A stretch of 64,000 nucleotides of DNA from Eledone cirrhosa (taxonomy: Eukaryota): positions 70,370,001-70,434,000 of the forward strand of contig OZ024741.1 in assembly GCA_964016885.1 (NCBI GenBank), given 5' to 3'. The position numbers and the translations under genes were made by a program. Under the pieces are notes generated by a model. The model did no database searches. It was given only the letters and a program-made list of their open reading frames with translations, and was not told the origin of the DNA. Shown piece after piece: positions 46,116 through 59,100 of this stretch (within the stretch, counting starts at the first letter, position 1; each line of letters begins with the position of its first letter).

Positions 46116-48019
46116 CAGTTCCACGTCTACACTGACTCCTTATTTAACTCCTTGGACCTCGTTTTCCCCTTTATATTACTCTCTCAGGTACATTCGCCTT
46201 GAAAGAACAGGGACGACGTATTGTGGAGAGAATTCTATTGTCATGCTAGGAGAACCGGGAGACTGTGTCTGTTCTTCACCTAAAATCCTTAGAGAAAACA
46301 TGGTACATATTAACAAGTCAGTTTTGATTGAGAGTGGCGGCCGTAGTACTCGTTCTGCTATAGTATAAATGCGAATAAAACACTTAAATTTGAGCGGAGA
46401 TATGGGCTTTAGTTGTGTAAGGAATGTGAAGGGATATATCTAGAAAGATGGTTTCTGTTACTCGCAGAGCTGACTCAAATGGATTTGCTACCAGGAAAAC
46501 TTGTTGGAACTCAAGTTTGGATACCTTCATGTACTACAGCGTTCGTGGATGGAGGTGTTGTTATATAGTTAAATGTGCTCCGTATTGCCTTTATCAGCCT
46601 TTGACCAGATGAGCATGGTGACTGTAATATTTGGCTAGAAGCTAGGTTAAGAGGTGGTAAACAAATTCATGGATGTTTGGTATGTCTTTCCAAACTAAGA
46701 AATATTATGAATGTTAACCCCCTGCCATGTGGATCAATTTAATGTTCAAGCTAAGGGGTCACTCGACCCCCACAAAAAAAAAAAAAAAAAAAAAAAAAAA
46801 AACAGGATCAGCCAAATTACACTCCATCGTGTCGGAAAGGAACACATACGATAAGTTAATCCTAAATGGAAAAAAAAAAAAAGTATGGTTGGAGCTGGAA
46901 TACATTTGACCATATGTTTGCTTGATCATGTATGATCTGAGCCTCAACAACAACAACCACCACCACCGCCGCCGCCAGCACAACTGCAACAATAACAGTT
47001 ATTAATGTTGTGGTACAGGAAGACAGCGGGTGAATCGTATAATGTCACGTAAATATCCTCGACAATTTTAACTTTACGTAGTAAGTAAAGGGCTTTTAAC
47101 TTTTGATGGAAACGTAGAGTCATCGTTCTGACACAGGGAGTATCTTGGGCATTTTAAACCTGGCGGAGCTCATCTTTTCCCATATCGGAGCACAGCCAGT
47201 TTCTTCCAGAGAGAGAGAGGGGAGGAGGAGGGGTTGAAGAGAATTAGAAGAACCAACGCTAGTACTGGGTTACTACTTTATCGACCTTGAAAAGATGAAA
47301 GGCAAAGTTGACCTCAGCAGGATTTGAAATCAAATCTCAGTGAGCCGAAACAAATCCCGACGCCCTAACAACTCTGTCAATTCACTGTCTAACTTAACAA
47401 ACTTGGGAGTTACTGCGTTTTTCGACGTGTAAGGCCCCATCAACTGGTTTGGTATAATGGTTATCCTTGTAGTGGCGTCTCTTCAACGCTTGCTGGCTAC
47501 CTGGAGTAACCTGAAGATCATGAGGCACTGTTGACATTTAAAAAAATTATATCTTGACTCCACTCACTGTGCTTCTGTCTCTGTGTTACCCAACCATACT
47601 TAAATTTGCACATCTGGCAGTTATGAATCATGCAACATGATTGGTTTGTTGGGGCGTCATTTTGGGCATTTTATACCTGGCGTGGCCCATCCCTCTCCAG
47701 AACTAAACACAGCTGATTTCTTACAGAGAGTGTGTGTGTGGGGGGGGGGGGGGGGAGATAATCGATCCCAATACTGAACTGGTACTATTTTTATCCATTT
47801 CAAAAGGATGAGAGGCAACGTTGACCTCGACGGGATTTGAATACCTCAAAGCATTCTATCCGACGTTTTAATGACTGCCAATTCACCGCATGGCAGCATA
47901 TTCTACTTGCTCTATTATTTTTATTTTCTATATTATCCCCGAGCATTAATTTTTCGTCACCACTCGCTAACCGAGGGTCCATATATACCTCTATTCTGAA
48001 TTGCGCTGCGTTGGTGTCT

Positions 48020-48345
48020 CTTTTTCTCCTGCTCACCCCAAAAAAGCCAATAAAGCCACAAAAATGTAAAGGGTTATTGCGAAGGGAGAAGGACAAGACA
48101 GAGGGAACATAATTTAAGGAGTGAGAAGACGATTGATAATGCTTTTGAATTTTTGCAAATTGTAGTGGTCAGGTAAGCAAGAAGCCGGAAAAGAATTCCC
48201 AAGTAAGAAGAACGAGGGGAAAAAAAACTATGAGAATAGAATTTGCGATGGCATTTAAGAACTTCAACTGTAAATGGATGAGATCTAGACGGCGATCTGA
48301 GGCTCCCTTTAAACCCGTGAAGGCGGGGCAACAAAGTGGAAAGCT
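48020..48345 (-). mobile_element. CR1/Jockey-group LINE 3' end
   Basis: Reverse translation SRSHPFTVEVLKCHRKFYSHSFF, then after a frameshift WEFFSG/NSLPASCLPDHYNLQKFKSIINRLL. Confidence 0.65.
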
Positions 48346-48999
48346 TATCAGAACAATTCTTATGGAAATATTTATAAATAAGACAAAGAATGGCAATATT
48401 TCAACGGTGTGATAATGAATGAAGCTGACATGATAATGGTGATGATTTTTCTTATCTAGACTCTCAAGGTGTACGGAAGAAGCACCAGATCAGATGTGGT
48501 AACAGAATTCAATACAAGTAGAAATAGTAAATTTATAAAGATATGATATATTTTCAGGTGGCATGAAAGATTTTCTGGCACAACAGAGCGAACTAACTTT
48601 CTGGGCAGCAGATTTGGCAATCGATGTGATTACACTGTATTATCGCTAATTGATACTAGCCAGCCAAGCTTGCATTACAGGTAAATAGAAAGGCGGTGGA
48701 TTGGCTGTATCGGTAGAGCGTCAGACAACATGCTTGCGGCATATAGTTACACCTCTTTACATTCTGAGTTCAAATCCCGCCGAGGTTAGCTTTGCCTTTC
48801 ATTCTTACAGGGTCGATAAAATATAGAACCCGTAACGTACTGGTGTCGATTTAATCGGCTTTTTTGTCCCAAAATTGTTGACCTTGTGCCTAAATCAGAA
48901 ACATTTAAATGAAGCGGAGTCTATTTGTTGTGGAATAAATGACGAACACGACAAATACCAACAATTCGGCTATTGTGCTGATCCAACAACTGAATGCTC

Positions 49000-49245
49000 T
49001 CTATTTACATCTGCTGCCAGTATACAACATCTAAAGAGAGAGGGGCAGTTTGACTACCTCATATTACGCCTCTCTGTTTACATCTACTGCCTGTGTACAA
49101 CACGTAAAGAGAGATGAGTAGTTTGACTACCTAATACTACTTACTCCTCTTTCTTTATGTCTGCTGCCTGTGTACAACATGTAAAGAGAGAGGGGTAGTT
49201 TGACTACCTCATACTGCTCCCCTCTCTTTACGTCTGCTAGCTGTG
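49000..49245. repeat. ~73-bp tandem repeat x3.3
   Basis: Unit approx tttacatctgctgcctgtgtacaacatgtaaagagagaggggtagtttgactacctcatactactcctctc. Confidence 0.85.
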
Positions 49246-49359
49246 TGAATGTATGTGTGTGTTATAATACAAGTGGTGTGTATATTAAAACCATTAATCT
49301 GGATACCTAAATATGGAATGTTACGCGATGACACCCCCCCCCCCCCCCCACACACACAC

Positions 49360-50480
49360 ACAGCCCCGGCGGACAGGATGGAGAAGGCGTTCCCACGGAG
49401 GACGGCAAGGGAGACGCCCTGGAAAAGCCACTCCAACTCGCGGGGTTCACACCTGCGGCTGGCTAGCTCAGCACCTATGGTAGTGAGTAGGGAGGTAGCC
49501 CTGGGGCCGAGGATACCAGAAGTCTCCACTGTCAGGGGTACAACCGCAAACCTGTCGGAGAGCGACCGGTATTTGAGGAGCTTGGTCTCCTCAGCCCGAC
49601 GTGCAGCAGAACCTGGGTTAGTCGCAGACTGCACCAGGTTGCGGCTGCAGGAAGTGTCGGTGCAAGTAGCATCCCAGACGAGGGGTTTGCCACCGCGGAA
49701 CGGAAAGATGGTCATGCCATCTGGCCTATTGCCATCCCCTGGGTCCATCCCCACCGGCTCGAGCTGGGAAGGGAAGCCCGCAGCGTCCAAGCTATGCTTT
49801 AGAAAACCTCGTTGAGGGCAGCATGGCGTGGAAGGCGGCCGGCACTGTGGCGACAGGAAAGCGGGTGGAGGCCGAACGAGTCTACGGTGGATCCGCAGCG
49901 ACATTGGTGTGGCTGGCAGATCCGGAGGCCGAGCCTCAAGGAAACACCGATGAACAGGCTATTGTCTAGCTGCGTGCCAGTGGAGAAGGAGAGCAGGGCA
50001 TGGAACCAGGCACCACTGTGGTGTTTGGAGGCCGCACGAAAGCAGGCAAGGCGGTGCTGGTCGAGCTGGCGCGTGAGCCTGTCTGAGGCCAGGCTGCACT
50101 GGATGGCATCCCAAGTGCTTTGGTGGGGGGACTTGACGTCAACAGAGGGAGAAGGAGGAGGGACGTCTACTGGGCTAAATCCCAGCCGGTTCCACGTCTC
50201 ACAGGCGGCCTGACGTTCTCTGAACACAGAGGGTTCTATTGTGTTTTGAAGAACCCTGCTGACGAGGACACGGCACGAGGTTACCGACGAAAGATACGCC
50301 GGCAAAGCCAGCGAGATCGGGGACCAAAGGCCAAGGCGCCATACCTAACAGGTAAAGTGGTCTGTTGCCATCCAATGTCGTCAAAATGCTTATCGCCCCA
50401 AAATAATAATATAAAAACACGAGGGAAGATCCATAAGATATTAGTGTATATAGGTGATGACGAATGAGAAAGTCGACAAC
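49360..50480 (-). mobile_element. CRE-clade non-LTR retrotransposon 3' portion (Zn knuckle plus restriction-like endonuclease), frameshifted
   Basis: WQQTTLPVRYG, PAYLSS, HSGAWF, LRLGL...HQCRCG...GLHPLSC...RHAALNE, EP...DGNRPDGMTIFPF...LVWDATCTDT, KLLKY, VETSGILG, SLAVLRGNA; GC-rich relative to flanks. Confidence 0.9.
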
Positions 50481-51308
50481 CAAATTGCATTCTGAGAACT
50501 GTAATCCTTATAATGAACGGTTGACACCAAGTCAAGTGCTTACACTCACACTAATTAGCTACTTAAAAATAATTTAAAAAAAAGTCCTTTCTGTCTGACC
50601 AGGACATTGACATTGACACCGCGTATATATAATAGATAATATATATAATATATAATTACGTATATATCCAGCGGTTAACCGTGAGCGGGTGTACATACAC
50701 ACAAACACAAACTTACAATCTACTTCTTATTCTTTCTTCTCGACTCCAACTCTCACCCCCAACTCACCCCCGCCGTCACTCTAGTCATTCAAACATTCTA
50801 TTCACACCAACTAGCCGACATCATTCATTATTTCCTCTGAAAACCTAACGACGTTACGGGGCGAGGATGTGTGGGGTGGAAGCCTCCACACATGTATCAT
50901 TAATGATATCTCAAGAGGGTTTTTATTGTTCCTGTCCCACAGCTGAAGGTACCACCCACCCATTTATACACTCATCTACACACACAATATACACACACAC
51001 ACACTCTCTCTCTCTCTCTCACACACACAGACATGCACGCACACACGCGGAATGGACCGCCGCCAGTATGAACGACGAGTGTTCCAGTGTTTGATCAACG
51101 GAGAAGCCTGCTCTTGAAATTTACTCGTGACTGGTTGAGCATTCCACAGATACGTGTACTCTTAACGTAATTCTCAAGGAGATTCAGCGTGACACTGTGT
51201 GACTAGGCTCGCCGTTTGTACACCGCTGTAGTTGAACTTATGATCATGAGCCGAACAGCTTACCCCTAAACCACGCGCCTTCACCCCCTCCCATATTTAT
51301 ATATATAT

Positions 51309-51987
51309 GGCATACGTTAAGACGGGCGTTCGGGAAAGTGAAAGTAAATTTATTTTCATTTTCGAACGTCGTGTTTACATTTTGTGTGTGTGTTTAGATC
51401 TAAATGAGTGTCGTTTTAACTGATTATATATATATGTATATGTGTGTGTGTGTGTAGTTGACGGTTGAGAGAAGAGTACTCAATACCGAAGTAATCTTGT
51501 AATGAGGCTTGCAGAATGGTGAGTCCGCCATTCTAGACGCTGCTGCCTTGTAGAAGTCCCAAATCGAAGCTCTGACACTCTCGTCCCCATCATTCAGCAG
51601 GGATTTTGCCAGGCAGCCGCATCATCTCCGATGGTTGGGCTTCCTATTTGGAAATTGAAGGTGGGATTTACGTTCATGATGTTGTGGTGCACGAACGGAA
51701 CTTTGTAGATCCTGCGGACCTTGATGTGCACACACAGCTCATAAAGAACACATGGAGCCGTGCAAAGAAGAAATTCGTCGCCAGCATGTGCAAGCCTCAT
51801 TACAAGATTACTTCGGTATTGAGTACTCTTCTCTCAACCGTCAACTACACACACACATATACATATATATATAATCAGTTAAAACGACACTCATTTAGAT
51901 CTAAACACACACACAAAATGTAAACACGACGTTCGAAAATGAAAATAAATTTACTTTCACTTTCCCGAACGCCCGTCTTAACGTATG

Positions 51988-51989
<2 letters not shown>
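51309..51989 (+). mobile_element. Merlin (IS1016-like) internally deleted element with ~205-bp TIRs
   Basis: TIRs 51309-51513 and 51789-51989, GG...CC termini, tatatatat on both flanks; internal VEVPNRSSDTLVPIIQQGILPGSRIISDGWASY...HDVVVHERNFVDP...VHTQLIKNTWSRAK. Confidence 0.92.
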
Positions 51990-52035
<46 letters not shown>

Positions 52036-52305
52036 AGGTTATGTTAGTGCTACTGCTAATTAATCCTAGCCAGTCAAATTCGTACTCTGTGCAAATGACC
52101 ACCTCCCACAGATGTTTCATATGCGAAAAGCATATAAGCTTCTATCCTAGTATTGTTTCACCGGGTGAGCAGATGTCACCAATAACCCTGAAATAGGTGC
52201 CTGGCATTTTCACCCGCTGGCACGATCACAACTTAAAATATTTATAGCGAGACTCGTGTATATTTATTGTCCATAAACATATCGTATATGCCTTCATATA
52301 CACAC

Positions 52306-52373
<68 letters not shown>

Positions 52374-52462
52374 GGTAAACAGAAATAACAACACAATCGG
52401 TACAGTATATGGAAGGAATATATTAGGTTAACGCTTGAAATAGCAAGAAGAGGGTCTTAACG

Positions 52463-52546
<84 letters not shown>

Positions 52547-52754
52547 GTATGTGTGTGTGTGTAAAATAGGCTTCTAGTTTCAGTTTCCCAAATCTCTCAT
52601 TGATGGACCCAAAGCTATAATAAAATACATTTGCACATGATGCCAAGTGATTGTGTAGTGGACTCATTAATCACGTAGTTATGCCTACACCTTTAGACGT
52701 ATTTGGAGGCTCATCCATCCCTCTCCTTTTCTCGCACACTAAGATAATTGAAAT

Positions 52755-53380
52755 GATAATGATTTCTAATTTAGGCACCACAAGGCCAACGATTTGTGGG
52801 GAGGGAGAAGTCGATTATATCAACCCAGTACTTGACTGGTACTTTGTTTTATCGCTCTAGGAAGGAAGGAAGGTAAAGTTCATCTCAGTACGATCTGAAC
52901 TCAGAAGGTAAAGACAGACTTGGAACAAATGGCTCAAACAATTTGTTCAACGCTCTAACTATTGTTCAACTCTCTAACCATCGCCCTGTCATTGAAATAA
53001 TAATGGTTTCTGATTTAGACACAAAACCAACAATTTTGGGGGAGGTGAAAGTCGATTAAATCGACCCCAGTACGTTACTAATGCTTTATTTTATCGACCC
53101 TGTAAGAATAAAAGGCAAAGCTAATCTCGGTGGGATTTGAATTCAGAATGTAAAGGGACGTAACTCTATACCACAAATGTCATTGAAATAATAATGGTTT
53201 CTTATATAGGCACAACGCCAGCAATTCTGGGGTAGGGGAAAGTCGATTAAATCGACCCCAGTGCGTTACTAATGCTTTCTTTTATCGACCCCGTAAGGAT
53301 GAAAGGCAAAGTTAACCTCGGTGAGATTTGAACTCATAATGTAAAGGAACGTAACTCTATACCACAAATGTCATTGAAAT
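52755..53380 (-). mobile_element. Three tandem SINE copies
   Basis: Units near 52755, 52998, 53188; junction tgtcattgaaataat at 52987, 53178 and 53369. Confidence 0.8.
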
Positions 53381-53382
53381 AA

Positions 53383-54708
53383 TCTATACATATATATAAA
53401 ACTGTAGTTGTGTGTGTCCTCATTTTTGTAAAGTCTATACAAATCCACATTTCTACTCCGATTGACTTCAAACTTGCATTTATATATTCCTTGCGGTCTA
53501 AAGATATAAACTGCAGCTTTTATTTTCAATTTTCTGTTGTTAAAGGGGTGTTAGGCGCCGGTTATCCATCTCCGTTGTGCCCTTATAATTGTTTCTACTT
53601 TAGGCACAAGGCCAGCAATTACTCAGTACATTACTGGTACTTTATTTTATCGACCCCGTAAGGATGAAAGCCAAAGTTAACCTCGGCGGGATTTGAACTC
53701 AGAATGTAAAGGGACGTAACTATGCTAGAAAGCATGGCGTGCCCTTATAATATCTGTCTGTATGCCTGGCTGTCTGCATTACAACATTCTGACAAACATT
53801 GATGACGTATTATGTTCGCTATTTTCCGTTCATTGCTAGGGAACGTCTTCATGAACCAAAGTATCGTCTTCCTGTTTTCCTTCGGTTGCAACGTTTTTCG
53901 AAATATTTACTTCTGCGTTCACAGATTGATTTTTCTAGTTTCAGAAGATCCCGTTAAGGGTGAAAGCAGCGATTCTTTGCTTAAACTTTAATCTGTTATT
54001 TTAATATTTAATATAAGCGAGGCAAGCCAGCCCAGTTGCACTTCTTGCCAATAAACATTAACCCATTGTGTGCCATTCATCTAACTGTAGACCAACACAT
54101 ACCAACTAAACGGAGCATTGACAAGAACGATGGCAAATGAATCTTCGAGGTGAGCAGTTTCATCCCGAGCTGTTAGTTCACGCGGGATTCTCTGCTACAC
54201 CTTTTCGTAATAATACCGAACAACGTACTGCTGGTCACTCCTTCCTCCAAAAGCCGTACAAAGCGGACATGTGCATCGGGCAGATGGATCGGGTGCAAAT
54301 CTACACCAGGCCTACGCGAGAAATTCGCAAGGGACTGCACCGAGAGGGATAGAGAGAAAGAGTAACTTAGTGGAAAGAGTGCGAATGAACTTTTGAGGTA
54401 AGTAGCCTACGTCTTACTGCTATGACACTGGAACCTTCTGCCAACTTAACCTGTGACTTTCTCTTTCACATTTACTCCAAAAGCCCAAAACAGAGGAGTA
54501 TGAAAAGAAGGGGCTCAACAATATTTCTATGAACAATGCACGTAGTCAGCTAAACTGTACTGTCAACTTCTTAATTTTCTCCAAATAAAACAAGTTTCCT
54601 GTCGGTATATTTTCGTGAATTTTTAACAGGCACTCACAAATAAACGTTTCTCATTGGAGGTTCTATTGCCTATGTTCTTACCCGTGCAACGCCGGGGTAC
54701 ACTGCTAG
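53383..54708 (+). mobile_element. Non-autonomous Helitron with nested SINE and Penelope-like tail
   Basis: A|TCTATACATATATAAAA start; CCCGTGCAACGCCGGG hairpin then CTAG|T end; removing it restores gtcattgaaataa-taatg with no TSD; nested SINE has 13-bp TSD gtgcccttataat (53577-89, 53739-51). Confidence 0.8.
53937..53987 (+). ncRNA. Type I hammerhead-like fold with variant core (CAGAAGA)
   Basis: AGUUU-CAGAAGA-U-CCC-GUUAA-GGG-U-GAA-AGCA-GCGAUUCUU-UGCU-U-AAACU: stem I 5 bp, stem II 3 bp, stem III 4 bp in hammerhead register. Confidence 0.5.
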
Positions 54709-54773
54709 TAATGAAATATAAATACCAAATAAATCATAGTCGCCTTTTCTAAACTGTTGAGTCCCGGTATTAA

Positions 54774-55036
54774 CCCTTTCGTTACCATATTTATAACGAA
54801 AGACACTGTCTATGATTTTTAATTATTTTGAAAATAATCAAGAATTTTGAGGTTTTTGATTATTTAACCTATTTTCTTATTATCAAGTTGGTGTTTGGAG
54901 CTTAACTTAAAGAAAGTTCTTACATAAGATTAATTATGATGGAAGTATTCTTGATAAATATAAATACTTTAAAACAAACAGCTTTGTTTCTTAGAAAAAG
55001 GTGTCGGCAGCTTTAGGCGGTTTGGTTTTAAATAGG
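54774..55036 (+). mobile_element. piggyBac-type MITE, near-complete copy
   Basis: TTAA|CCCTTTCG...TAGG|TTAA; same internal sequence as 11741-11969. Confidence 0.7.
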
Positions 55037-55875
55037 TTAATTTAATTGACACTTGATCCCTTTTAATAAGTGAGACGTATTATGTTCTACACAATCTACT
55101 TAATGACCTCTTGTTTCCAATACAATCCAGGGCCTTCTCACTCCTGTTGGAGGAACCCCTCCCTGGCTGACTACCACTGCTTTCTGTTTGGTTTTAGTCA
55201 AGTTGGGAATGTAGCGGTACATACCACGCTTGACCAATTGCGGGTTGATGAGGCTATTCAACCCAAACTTGTAAGAGGCAATAACAGCAATTGTAATAAA
55301 TATTCATGATAACAATAGAAAAAAGAACATAAAATACGAAAGACACTCCCTGTAAGTTAAAGGAAATTAGGTTATCAACAGTCCTTCGAACGAATGGAGA
55401 AGCGCTAATGTAAGAAATTTAGGGTATTTATAAAGAATAATTAGAGCAGAACAAAACTATGAAGTTTAAAGTGGTCAATTATGCTCAGTCGTTATCTTTC
55501 CAAATAACATCTATTCATGCATATTTTCACAATAGAGAGTGGCACAAATTAAAACAAGCACAATTGTAGTAATTAATAAATATTTTTACTTTCCCAGACG
55601 GGAACTATATACAGGTACTCCTCCTCTAGATATAATCTACGTGACTTACGACCACTGGCTGTTACTACCATTTATATTTCCGTACGCTCACGCACACTTT
55701 TTCTTGCCATTCGTAATCCATCAACAGTTAATTCGAATATTGCTTCCTCCGTACACAAAGAGGCCAAAACCATGCTCGGGTAAATATATAAGCACGTACG
55801 TACGTACATGCTTATATATTAGCCCAGGCACGGTTTTGGCCTATATTCTACATGTGTACATATTTTACATACATA

Positions 55876-56061
55876 CAGGGTGGTCCGAAAGTCTTGTCAC
55901 CCCTTGTCACATATTGTTTTAACTTTCATTATTTTTTGTTTTAATGCCCATTTGTACCGTTCTGTATTGTCCTGTACTGTCCTTAATGTCTACTTTATGT
56001 AAACCCTTGTGGTTAATAAAGAAAGTATTATTTTTTGTTTTAATAATATAATATATAATAT

Positions 56062-56105
<44 letters not shown>

Positions 56106-59100
56106 TTTGTAGACAGGAAAAAGTTAAAAGAAACAACAGCTAAGGTAAACAAAGTCATCCCATACCTTGAGGCGAGGAGCCTTCACCAGTGCAACAATAT
56201 CCTCAAAGCAACAGCAAATGCGGTAAGGAAATTACGTGGCATAAAAGCGAGAGGAAACAACAAACAAGAAAGATCAGAACCTTGGTGGAAGAAACGACTG
56301 AATGGTCAAATCAGGGAAATGAGAAATGACATTGGAAAGCTTGAGTCCCTACTGAATGGGACACTAAAAAACATACACTAAAAATAGACTGGAAATAAAG
56401 TACAAAACTAGGAGGAATTGAACATAGAGGAACTGAAGCAACGCATTGTAGCAAAGAGTGCAAAAATTAGGCGATACGAGAGCAGAGTCAGTCAGTATAG
56501 ACAGAACCGCATGTTTGACAACAACCAGAAGATGTTGTTTGGACAGCTTGAAGGGAAAGAAAGAGGCAACGACTTGATCCCTGAGGCGGAACAAACTAAG
56601 ACATTCTGGAGAGGAATATGGGAGCAGGATGTTAAACATAATGACCAGGCAGTGTGGATTGAGACAGTAGAAAAGGAGATTAGTGAACAGGCACACCAAC
56701 AAACTGATTTGAGTATCACAGTTGAAACTCTCAAGGGACAGGCCAAAAAACTAACCAACTGGAAATCACCAGGCCCAGGTGGTGTGCAGGGGTATTGAAT
56801 TAAAAATGTAACATCCCTCCACCCGAAACTGACAACCATGTTCAATGACTGCTTGATGTCAGGTGAGGTACCAGAGTGGTTGACAAAAGGTACCACAGTT
56901 CTGGTAATGAAAGACCGAATCAAGGGTAATGATGTTACCAACTATAGACCTATCACATGTCTGTCCGTAATGTGGAAACTGTTGACAAGCATTATGTACC
57001 TCCACATAAACAACTTGTTACCGGACGAACAGAAGGGATGCCGAAAGAAGTCCCGTGGTACAAAGGACCAGTTACTTATTGATAAGATGGTAATGAGGAA
57101 TTTCAAGAGGAGACACACTGGTCTTGCCATGGGATGGATAGACTACAAAAAGGCATTTGACATGGTGCCTCATTCTTGGATCACCAAAAGCCTAGAGATC
57201 TTCAAGGTGGCAGATAACATCAGACAGTTGTTGAGCAAAAGTATGAAGTCCTGGAAAACAGAATTAACATCAGCTGGAGAATCCTTGGGAGGCGTGAAGA
57301 TCAAGAGAGGTATCTTCCAGGGAGATAGTCTGTCCCCTCTGTTGTTTGTCCTTGCCCTGATGCCCCTGACCATTATACTGCGAAAAGTGAGAGCAGGATA
57401 CAAGTTGGAAAAGGGAGAGCTTACCATCAATCACCTCCTCTTCATGGACGATCTTAAGCTCTTCGGGAAGAGTGAGAAGGAGTTGGATGTGCTTGTTGAC
57501 ACTGTCCGTATTTTCAGAAATGATATATGTATGCAATTTGGTATTAGTAAGTGTGGAGTCCTTGTGATGAAGAGGGGTAAATTGAGCAGAAGCAACGGAA
57601 TCCAGGTACCAACAGGTGAGATGATAAAGGAAATTGACACTCAAGAAGGATAAAAGTATTTGGGTATTCTGGAGGCTGATGACATCAAGAACAAAAAAAT
57701 GAAGGAATTGATAAGATCTGAATACATTCGGAGAGTAAGGAGCGTATTAAAGTCACATCTGAATAGTAGGAATGCCATAAGTGCAGTAAATTCCCGAGCT
57801 GTGTCTATTATTAGGTACAGTGCGGGAATTCTGAGATGGAATGTTGCTGAACAAAAAGAAATGGATAGGAAGACTAGGAAGCTATTGACTATCTACAACA
57901 TGTTCCACAAGAGGAGTGATGTCGATAGACTCTACTTAAGGAGATCTGAAGGTGGAAGCGGTCTTATCAGCATAGAGTACTGTGTTCAGATGGAGAAAAA
58001 CAACCTACACAAATACGTGACCGATAGTAAGGAGCCAATGCTCAGAATTGTACTGAAGGAGAGGACAATAGACCAGGGGATGTCCAAGGAGGAAATAACA
58101 ACGAGGAGAAAGAGCAACCTTCATGAAAAATCCCTTCATCGTACCTTCTTTGAGAAAACGGAATTCAGAGATCCACAGACATGGAACTGGCTGAGAAGAG
58201 GAGACCTTAAAAAGGCGACAGAAGGAATGCTAATGGCTGCGCAAGAGCAGGCCCTCAAAACGAAGTGACTGAAACACCATATTTACAAGGAGGAGTCTAG
58301 CCCAATGTGCAGGATCTGTGGAGAGAGAGAGGAGACTGTGGCTCACATTGTATCCGAGTGTAAACACCTAGCCCAGACTCACTATAAAGGCTGGAGACAT
58401 GATGTGATGGGCAGGGTGATCCACTGGCACCTATGCAAAGTAAACAATTTACCACATTCTGAGAAGTGGTATGAGCATAAGCCAGAGTTGGTGATAGAAA
58501 ACGATCAGGTGAAGGTGCTATGGGATTTTAGGATACAGACGGACAAGAAACTGGAACACAATAGATCTGACCTGGTGGTTTTGGACAAGGAAAAAAGATC
58601 GTGCCTGATTGTGGATGTGGCCTGCCCATTCGACACGAGAGTGCAAGAGAAGGAGAGGGAGAAATTTAACCGCTACCAAGACTTAAAGTGGGAGGTAAAA
58701 AGGATTTGGAACTGCCATGAAGTCAAAGTGGTCCCGATTGTCATAGGCGCACTAGGTACTATCTCAAAAAGTTTCCAGGGATGGTTAAAGAAAATTGGCC
58801 CCGCCCCGCTTTTTGGAACACTTCAAAAGGCATGCTTGCTGGGAACAGCAAGAACTCTCCGATGCGTCCTGAATATCTGAGGCTGCAGGTAGTGGCTTGA
58901 TATTCATTTCAACAAACTTACCAGTTAACTAACATCAATGACTGAGACTCAAAGAATAATAATAATAATTATTATTTCTACTTTAGGCACAAGGCCAGCA
59001 ATTACTCAGTGCATTATTGGTACTTTATTTTATCGACCCCGTAAGGATGAAAGGCAAAGTTAACCTCGGCGAGATTTGAACTCAGAATGGCAAAGGCCGT

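Larger units (their letters stand above)
48656..50636 (-). mobile_element. Possible non-autonomous Helitron enclosing a SINE, tandem repeats and a CRE fragment
   Basis: Minus strand begins A|TCTATTATATATA and ends acctgtaatgcaagcttggctggCTAG|T; the subterminal hairpin is weak. Confidence 0.35.

Noticed and set aside
48558-48680. 123-nt AG...GT exon-like segment (WHERFSGTTERTNF...)
   Set aside because: No recognisable homology or confirmed partner exons, and its 3' part overlaps the putative Helitron end.
49249-50467. Plus-strand ORFs of 188, 133 and 115 aa
   Set aside because: Antisense shadows of the GC-rich CRE element.
55070-55790. Minus-strand exon-like segments with splice-like ends
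   Set aside because: All frames I tried hit stops and no protein family was recognisable.
56418-58880. Stop-codon readthrough or recoding in the LINE ORF
   Set aside because: The stops are most simply point mutations (TGG to TGA, TAY to TAA), and the copy is 5'-truncated with a small deletion, consistent with decay.
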